Positions 58,910 to 64,000 of a DNA stretch of 64,000 nucleotides are shown here, piece after piece. The stretch spans positions 1 to 64,000 of IMG/VR virus record IMGVR_UViG_3300028883_000007; one strand, 5' to 3'. The position numbers were made by a program, and so were the translations under genes. Numbering within the stretch: the stretch's first letter is position 1; each line of letters begins with the position of its first letter. Source of the DNA: a virus. Below the pieces are notes generated by a model. It was not told the DNA's origin, did not search any database, and was given only the letters and a program-made list of their open reading frames with translations.

Positions 58910-59196
58910 ACCAAATTTATGACAAGTATGAAAATGATTATAACGGAGACCTGATTGGCAGGGCAGTTCTTATTGCAAGTGAAATTAAACAGACAATTGG
59001 AGGGAAAGCTGTTGTTGGTTTTATTTGTGACAAAGAGCTTAAAAAAACTCCCCATGTTTGGGTAGAATGTGCGGGTGAAGACATTGACCCTATTTTTTCA
59101 AATGAATATTCTGGGGCAGTTAAAATTATTGTCCACAAAGACCAAGAGACTTTTGAAATGGTAGTCAATTTTTACAAACCATGGAGGGTAAAATGA
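58882..59196 (+). CDS. Hypothetical protein (GTG start)
   Basis: 104-aa ORF. AAGGAGA lies just upstream of the GTG. It overlaps the nuclease gene end by 28 nt. Confidence 0.4.
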   Translation: MGDNRNGFVNQIYDKYENDYNGDLIGRAVLIASEIKQTIGGKAVVGFICDKELKKTPHVWVECAGEDIDPIFSNEYSGAVKIIVHKDQETFEMVVNFYKPWRVK

Positions 59197-59621
59197 AGGA
59201 AATAAAAGACGAAGAGCTTTTGTATCTTATGGGAGAAAACACTGGTGACTACCACTATCGCACAAAAAAAGAAATTGAAGCAATTGCCGCAGAAAAAAAT
59301 TGTCGGGCTGTTTTTGCAAAACCTAACCAATTATTCGTTGATATTGACAGCCCCCACCAGCTGAAAGTTTTTAAAGATAATTGGCCCCGGTTTCAAGAAT
59401 TATATGGAGGGTGGGTTTCATATTACAAACCTTCCAAAAGTGGAGGAATGAGACGGCATATAATTATAGATCTTCCTTTTGCTCCCGAACCTTTTATCCG
59501 GGTATTTATGCAAAGACTTCTTGGTAGCGACCATAAAAGAGATATGCAATGCCTTTTTGAAATTGCTTCTGAAGCCGAAGTCTCTGTTTGCTTTTTTGAG
59601 CCTATTACAAAGGAGGAGTAA
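59193..59621 (+). CDS. Hypothetical protein
   Basis: The start is set at MKEIKD after GGAGGGTAAA. No motif. Confidence 0.45.
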   Translation: MKEIKDEELLYLMGENTGDYHYRTKKEIEAIAAEKNCRAVFAKPNQLFVDIDSPHQLKVFKDNWPRFQELYGGWVSYYKPSKSGGMRRHIIIDLPFAPEPFIRVFMQRLLGSDHKRDMQCLFEIASEAEVSVCFFEPITKEE

Positions 59622-59857
59622 TGAGCGATTTAACTGACCGATTAACAAAAATAAAAGAAAAAATTGAAAGAGCCAAAGAAGCCCAAGCTAAACTTCAGGG
59701 AGCAATTGAACAAGAAATTAAACAGCTTTCGGAGGAGTTTGGGCTAAACAATATCAAAGACGCTGAAAAGGCTTTGGACAAAATGGAGGAAGAGTTAGAC
59801 ACCATGGAAAACTCTCTGGAAAAAGGAATAAAAAAACTGGAGGGGATGATACCGTGA
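59621..59857 (+). CDS. Coiled-coil protein
   Basis: 78 aa, heptad-rich throughout (LTKIKEKIERAKEAQAKLQGAIEQEIKQL...). Confidence 0.45.
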   Translation: MSDLTDRLTKIKEKIERAKEAQAKLQGAIEQEIKQLSEEFGLNNIKDAEKALDKMEEELDTMENSLEKGIKKLEGMIP

Positions 59858-60153
59858 AAAAAATCATCATAGACAAAAACCAAAACACATTGTGCTTTTT
59901 AAAACTAAAACCTGGAGAAAACACTCTTTGCAATAATTGTCCTTGTTTAAATATTATGGATGGAGAAATCCCTTCCTGTGGGATGGGTTTTAATTGCGAA
60001 GAATTTTATTCAGAAACGGAAGAAAAAAGCTGGCATATATTCTCCTTTGATTGCCAAATGATTTATATTCGATATTGTAACCCCAAAAACCATTCTGAGG
60101 TTCTGAAATATTTCCCAGAAAAGGTTTTGGTAGAAGTGAAAGGAGAAGAATAA
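59854..60153 (+). CDS. Cys-rich hypothetical protein (GTG start)
   Basis: 99 aa containing CNNCPC...CGMGFNC. Confidence 0.4.
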   Translation: MKKIIIDKNQNTLCFLKLKPGENTLCNNCPCLNIMDGEIPSCGMGFNCEEFYSETEEKSWHIFSFDCQMIYIRYCNPKNHSEVLKYFPEKVLVEVKGEE

Positions 60154-60338
60154 TGGAAGTTGAAAAAAGCCTTACAATAAAGTTATATCTAAATCACGAA
60201 GAAGCCCGGTGGCTGAAACAAGCTATGCAAAACCCTCTTTATGGCCAGCATCCAAGCGAAGAAGCCCATGATGATATAGTGATGCGAAATAAATTTTGGG
60301 GAGCATTGCCACCTTTGGAGGAATTAAATGGATATTAA
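60153..60338 (+). CDS. Hypothetical protein
   Basis: 61-aa ORF with a TAATG overlap upstream. Confidence 0.4.
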   Translation: MEVEKSLTIKLYLNHEEARWLKQAMQNPLYGQHPSEEAHDDIVMRNKFWGALPPLEELNGY

Positions 60339-60951
60339 CCAGCTATCCGAAAAAATACAACAGGCCAAGGGAGAACGAGCAAGAGTAGAGAAACAAATTG
60401 CCCAAACAGAAGAGAAAATTAACCAAGCCACCAAACGGTTAGGGAAAGACGAAGCTGCCCAAATCATTATAAAGGCCATTGCCCAAAATACACAAAAAGC
60501 ACTTAAGTATAAAATCAGTGAACCTGTAAGCCTCGCTTTAAAGGCCGTTTTTGATGACCCTTATTCTCTGACCATTGATTTTCCAGAGAGAAGAGGAAAA
60601 ATTGAAGCAGATATTAATTTTGAAAGGAATGGCAATTTACTTCACCCTATGTATGGCTCCGGGCTTGGCCCCGTTGACGTCGCTGGGTTTGGGCTTCGGA
60701 TTTCTTGCCTTACTATGGCATGCCCAAGGCCTACTTTTATCCTTATTTTAGACGAGCCATTTAAACACCTTAAGGGGATAAAAGAAAACATTAGAGTGAT
60801 TCAGATGGTTAAAGAAGTAAGTAAATCACTAAGCCCCCAACTTCAAGTTATTATGGTTAATGATGAAAGAGTACCTTTAGAAGAAATTGAAAAAGGAGCG
60901 GATAAAATAATTAACGTTAAAATCAGAAATGGAGTAAGCAATGTCGATTAA
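60328..60951 (+). CDS. Rad50/SbcC C-terminal half: short coiled coil, ABC signature, Walker B, D-loop
   Basis: YGSGLGPVDVAGFGLRIS is the signature-motif position and TFILILDEPF is Walker B. This parallels T4 gp46 ...SQGEKARIDIALLF...TLILDEVF. Confidence 0.65.
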   Translation: MDINQLSEKIQQAKGERARVEKQIAQTEEKINQATKRLGKDEAAQIIIKAIAQNTQKALKYKISEPVSLALKAVFDDPYSLTIDFPERRGKIEADINFERNGNLLHPMYGSGLGPVDVAGFGLRISCLTMACPRPTFILILDEPFKHLKGIKENIRVIQMVKEVSKSLSPQLQVIMVNDERVPLEEIEKGADKIINVKIRNGVSNVD

Positions 60952-61207
60952 AAACCCTCTTGACTCTGGATATATTTCTCCTTGTAAAAATTGTCCTCAT
61001 AAAGACGAAAATAAAAAAGTAAATAGACGGGGAGGAGCAAGTGACCTCCAAGATGTTTGCAAAGAATGTCCCTACCGATTGGCGTTAATAGAAGCAATGC
61101 TTCAGGACCCAGTGCCTACAGTAGAAGGAGAATATTTCAACCCTATAAACGATGGCCATTGCCCAATCACTACGAATAACACAATGGGATTAAGATGGAA
61201 GGGATAA
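60941..61207 (+). CDS. Cys-rich small protein
   Basis: 88 aa with CKNCPH and CKECPY pairs. Confidence 0.4.
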   Translation: MSIKNPLDSGYISPCKNCPHKDENKKVNRRGGASDLQDVCKECPYRLALIEAMLQDPVPTVEGEYFNPINDGHCPITTNNTMGLRWKG

Positions 61208-61209
61208 AA

Positions 61210-61584
61210 ATGACAGTTGATTGGTATCTCCTTGTAGAAAAGTACAACATAAAAAATAATACTTCATACAACTCTCCAAAAGAGCTTCTTAAAATGTTAT
61301 ATAAAAAAGAAGGCTCTACTACTCGAGTGGGAGACCATTTAATTATCTCCAATGGCCCTGTACGAAAAAAAATGAAAGAACTTGATCTCCCCATTAAAAA
61401 AAAGGGATGGCCAAAAAACTCTCCTTTGAGAAATAAAATTTTGACTTACCGAAAAAACCGTTTTGAAAAAATGACAGTTTCTCAAGTTGCTAAACTTCTT
61501 GGCGGAACCGAACAAGGAGTGAGAAATATCTTTAACAAATTAGGTTACAAATACAAAAAGAGGAATTTTAAAAATGACAAGTAA
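61210..61584 (+). CDS. HTH-containing hypothetical protein
   Basis: MTVSQVAKLLGGTEQGVRNIFNKLGY looks like an HTH. The start is set at MTVDWY. Confidence 0.4.
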   Translation: MTVDWYLLVEKYNIKNNTSYNSPKELLKMLYKKEGSTTRVGDHLIISNGPVRKKMKELDLPIKKKGWPKNSPLRNKILTYRKNRFEKMTVSQVAKLLGGTEQGVRNIFNKLGYKYKKRNFKNDK

Positions 61585-61786
61585 AAATGAAATAGAAGCA
61601 AGAGCAGCAATTGGAATTACCTTGGCTTTGCGGAAAAAGGGATATAAGTGCGGAACAACTATCCCTCAACTGACCCACAAAGAAATCGAATCTATCAGTA
61701 GAGACTTTCATGTGGCCATGCCGGTGATTGCAGCAGCAATGAGGAAGAGAACCCCTAAAATCCATGCAGTGGTAGAAAGGAGATAA
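61574..61786 (+). CDS. Hypothetical protein
   Basis: 70-aa ORF, tightly packed with its neighbours. Confidence 0.4.
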   Translation: MTSKNEIEARAAIGITLALRKKGYKCGTTIPQLTHKEIESISRDFHVAMPVIAAAMRKRTPKIHAVVERR

Positions 61787-61789
61787 ACA

Positions 61790-62095
61790 ATGTATGCTTT
61801 TTTGACTTTTATTATTTGGGTTGCAGGCCTATATGGTTTGTTCACTTGTTTGACAGGACCGTTTATGGCCAAATTCTTTGCTTGTTTGCTTGTTGGTCTT
61901 GTTTCTTTAAATTCTTTTTTGTTGGATATATATACATCCAAAATGACTTCAAAATTGGGGGCTGTGGCTGAAGAAGTAAACAAAACAAGGGAGATGATTT
62001 CTACAATAAAGAAAACAATTGGTGAAATCATCTCCCTTCATAACACCGCAATTCTCAAAACCTACAAAGAAATTAAATCAAAACCCAAAGGTTAA
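61790..62095 (+). CDS. Two-TM membrane protein, last gene of the plus-strand block
   Basis: 101 aa with FLTFIIWVAGLYGLFTCL and FFACLLVGLVSLNSFLL. Its 3' end overlaps the convergent amidase gene by 4 nt. Confidence 0.45.
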   Translation: MYAFLTFIIWVAGLYGLFTCLTGPFMAKFFACLLVGLVSLNSFLLDIYTSKMTSKLGAVAEEVNKTREMISTIKKTIGEIISLHNTAILKTYKEIKSKPKG

Positions 62096-62598
62096 AGAAC
62101 ACCATCATAGATAATTTGCCACAATCCATGCCGGGAGTAAAAACAAACTTGATCAGCAATATTATCTGGGGTGACGCCTCTCCAATGGGGCATCATCCCC
62201 AGATACCAAAAGAACTTGGCTTCCAATTCTGTGCATACCGCCTTTTTTGTAAAAGCCTTACACAATACCGGGGACAAAATATACAAGGGCCTGTAAAAAG
62301 GATAAGTTTGGCCCCAATGCTCCTGAAAAATCTTCCGGAAGGAATAATCAAATTTTTCCGGAGTCATATCTTTGTGACGGAAAATAAGAACTCTCTTCCC
62401 AATGTAATCCGTTATATGGGCATTTCTAACTTTCCACAAAGCCTCCATTGTCGCACCATTCGGGGAGACAATAAAACCTCCGTGAGTTCCCCAGCAGTTT
62501 TCATTTTTATCTGTCCACCGCTGGCCAATTTTGATTATTTTGGAATATAGGTTTTCCGTATCAACAATAAACCCATCTCCAGGAAGAACTTCAATCAT
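62092..62598 (-). CDS. Permuted papain-fold (YiiX/C92-like, NlpC/P60 superfamily) amidase; candidate endolysin
   Basis: The His motif (GTHGGFIV) precedes the Cys motif (KKAVCTELEAKFF), which is the permuted order. It lies directly downstream of and overlapping a holin-like gene. Confidence 0.5.
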   Translation of the reverse strand: MIEVLPGDGFIVDTENLYSKIIKIGQRWTDKNENCWGTHGGFIVSPNGATMEALWKVRNAHITDYIGKRVLIFRHKDMTPEKFDYSFRKIFQEHWGQTYPFYRPLYILSPVLCKAFTKKAVCTELEAKFFWYLGMMPHWRGVTPDNIADQVCFYSRHGLWQIIYDGVL

Positions 62599-62804
62599 TT
62601 TTCCTCCCCATCCTTTTTAGCCCGTTTATCTTCGTTGCGCATGAACTCCCATGCTCCCGTGATAAGAACCGGGAGCATAAACCAGTTCGCAATTTCTTCA
62701 GGAGTAACTACCCACCCGAACAAACTGGCGATGGTAATAATCGCCGCGATGCTACTGGGTTGCTTCAAAAATACCAATAATCTCTTTAATTTTGTAAAAT
62801 CCAT
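62595..62804 (-). CDS. Holin-like small membrane protein
   Basis: 69 aa with two hydrophobic spans (SIAAIITIASLFGWVV, WFMLPVLITGAWEF) and a charged C-terminus (NEDKRAKKDGEEK). Confidence 0.5.
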   Translation of the reverse strand: MDFTKLKRLLVFLKQPSSIAAIITIASLFGWVVTPEEIANWFMLPVLITGAWEFMRNEDKRAKKDGEEK

Positions 62805-62832
62805 GGTTCATCCCCCTTTTTTCATTAATTAT

Positions 62833-62881
62833 GGCCAAAGGATTGGCCCGAATTTAAACGTTCGCACCTTGGGCTATACCC
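62833..62881 (+). promoter_or_regulatory. Copy D of the bipartite motif, plus-sense between two minus-strand genes
   Basis: GGCCAA-AGGA-TTGGCC-CGAATTTAAACG - 14 nt - TATACCCTTATAAGC. Compare copy A, ...TAATACCCTTATAGC. Confidence 0.4.
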
Positions 62882-62895
62882 TTATAAGCCCCCTT

Positions 62896-64000
62896 TTAAA
62901 TCCCGTTTATTTTGCCCACATCAGCAATCGCTATAGCTTGCTTGAGTAAAGACTTTATATTGTTACCTGTTACCCCGTTTAAAGTATGTATCCAATTTAA
63001 AATAATATCCGCCTCAATTTGGGAGTAGCCTTTTATTGGGGGGCAGTTAATCATTATTCCTGCAATAATATCTGCTGTTATCTGGCTATAACCTTTAATT
63101 GGAGCACAAGTTATTGTAATAGGGCCAGAAGATGCATCTGACTCTTCATCTCCAAAAGTAATAAGAGCATCAGTATTTGAGAGATCAGTTGCTTTTAACC
63201 AAGCCGCTGAACGATTTACAATTGAAAGCCGCATTTCGGCAAGGGTACCAGTAAAATAATTATCTGCACTTCCATCGTCTTTACTTCGGCTTCCAATTCT
63301 AAGGTTGCTATTTGTAGCGCCAACAGAGGCGTCTCCGGTATCTGTCGTGTATGTTTGACTCCCATCGGGGCTACCATTTTTATAGAAACTGGCCACATCA
63401 TCATCTACTGCTACAGCACAACCCGTCTCCGTATTATCAGAAATAGTAGAAGTGGATTTTTCTCTTTCATACGTGGAGACATAATTAGAAGCTCGCCCCA
63501 AACTTAACTTATCTGTTTCAAACCCAAGACAAAAAGCAATATGAGACCCAGAGGTTTGTTGTGTCCTGAGTTCAAATATAATATTAACAGGCCTCCAACT
63601 GGAGCCTGGACTAGAACTAATAGTGCCCTTGACTCTGGCTTCCAAAGTATATTGATTATTGTTTCCTATACTTTGCATATTGGTAGGAGCAGGGCAAGAA
63701 TTTACACTAATTATATCATCATTACTCCCATCAAAGGCAATACCTTTACTTACAGCTAAATCAACAAGATCTCCACTTGTCATACTTCCTTCAGGAGTAC
63801 CATGTAAAGCATTGGAAGTAGACTCCAAAATACAATCTGCTCCTCCGGAAGGGTCTTGGCATAAATGCCAAACGCCCACAAAATCATCATCCCAAACCTG
63901 TTGAGAGGCTGTTTGGCTGGTATCACCGACATTGCCATAAACTATATTTTGGGGATCTTCTATATTGGACGCCACATGCTGGGGTATTTGTCCGTCAAAG
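62896..64000 (-). CDS. LamG/concanavalin-like lectin-domain tail fibre protein (possibly 5'-truncated by the window edge)
   Basis: VWDDDFVGVWHL...ALHGTP...GIAFDGSNDDI...YTLEARVK...FTGTLAEMRLSIVNRSAAWLKA is the Laminin_G_3 pattern. The ORF track starts at a GTG (63975), but I find the frame open upstream to nt 64000 (FDGQIPQH-V-ASN). Confidence 0.65.
   Translation of the reverse strand, partial: FDGQIPQHVASNIEDPQNIVYGNVGDTSQTASQQVWDDDFVGVWHLCQDPSGGADCILESTSNALHGTPEGSMTSGDLVDLAVSKGIAFDGSNDDIISVNSCPAPTNMQSIGNNNQYTLEARVKGTISSSPGSSWRPVNIIFELRTQQTSGSHIAFCLGFETDKLSLGRASNYVSTYEREKSTSTISDNTETGCAVAVDDDVASFYKNGSPDGSQTYTTDTGDASVGATNSNLRIGSRSKDDGSADNYFTGTLAEMRLSIVNRSAAWLKATDLSNTDALITFGDEESDASSGPITITCAPIKGYSQITADIIAGIMINCPPIKGYSQIEADIILNWIHTLNGVTGNNIKSLLKQAIAIADVGKINGI

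Noticed and set aside
62635-62949. 104-aa plus-strand ORF spanning the holin-like gene, motif copy D and the fibre gene end.
   Set aside because: It is antisense to two minus-strand genes and crosses a conserved non-coding motif. No RBS.

Overview
The window is almost entirely one tailed dsDNA phage genome segment. It is AT-rich, densely coding, and uses strong AGGAGG-type ribosome-binding sites. All calls rest on reading the ORF-track translations and the DNA by eye; no searches were run.

There are three blocks.

(1) 27967 down to 1, minus strand: the packaging and morphogenesis operon.
- TerS, TerL and a DUF1073-type portal.
- A MuF/SPP1-gp7 head protein fused to a complete type IB topoisomerase domain.
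- A scaffold-like protein, a decoration-like protein and an HK97-fold/encapsulin-like capsid protein.
- A six-gene sugar-tailoring island: sulfotransferase, two hexapeptide-repeat N-acyltransferases, a SAM methyltransferase and two putative glycosyltransferases.
- Head-tail connector genes, interrupted by a trio encoding a secreted FN3-like protein, a membrane coiled-coil protein and an amidase.
- Major tail protein, then G/GT tail chaperones with an A_AAA_AAC -1 slippery site, then the tape measure.
- GTA-like distal tail genes (DUF2460, DUF2163, NlpC/P60, a 1109-aa host-specificity protein) and fibre genes.

(2) 28470 to 62095, plus strand: early, replication and recombination genes.
- Small early genes, a sigma-like factor, an SNF2 helicase, a primase, replication-initiator-like proteins and DnaB.
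- A full preQ0 pathway (QueD, QueE, QueC and a PRTase-FolE fusion) with a YhhQ-like transporter and a DpdA-like DNA transglycosylase.
- A beta-clamp, DnaE fused to a family-4 UDG, and a clamp loader.
- A T4-like recombination set: UvsY-like, gp32-like and UvsX-like proteins, RuvC, Mre11, and a Rad50 split into two distant genes. MazG is also present.

(3) 62092 to 64000, minus strand: a permuted-papain amidase, a holin-like protein and a LamG fibre gene that stays open to the window edge.

I saw no integrase, repressor, transposase, rRNA, canonical tRNA or CRISPR array.

Non-coding signals:
- a recurring bipartite hairpin/TTTAAACG motif (6 copies);
- a pair of 26-bp early-region motifs;
- a GC-rich, structure-rich island in the 500-bp divergent intergenic region;
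- a tRNA-like element;
- an interleaved (pseudoknot-type) helix pair;
- several terminators.
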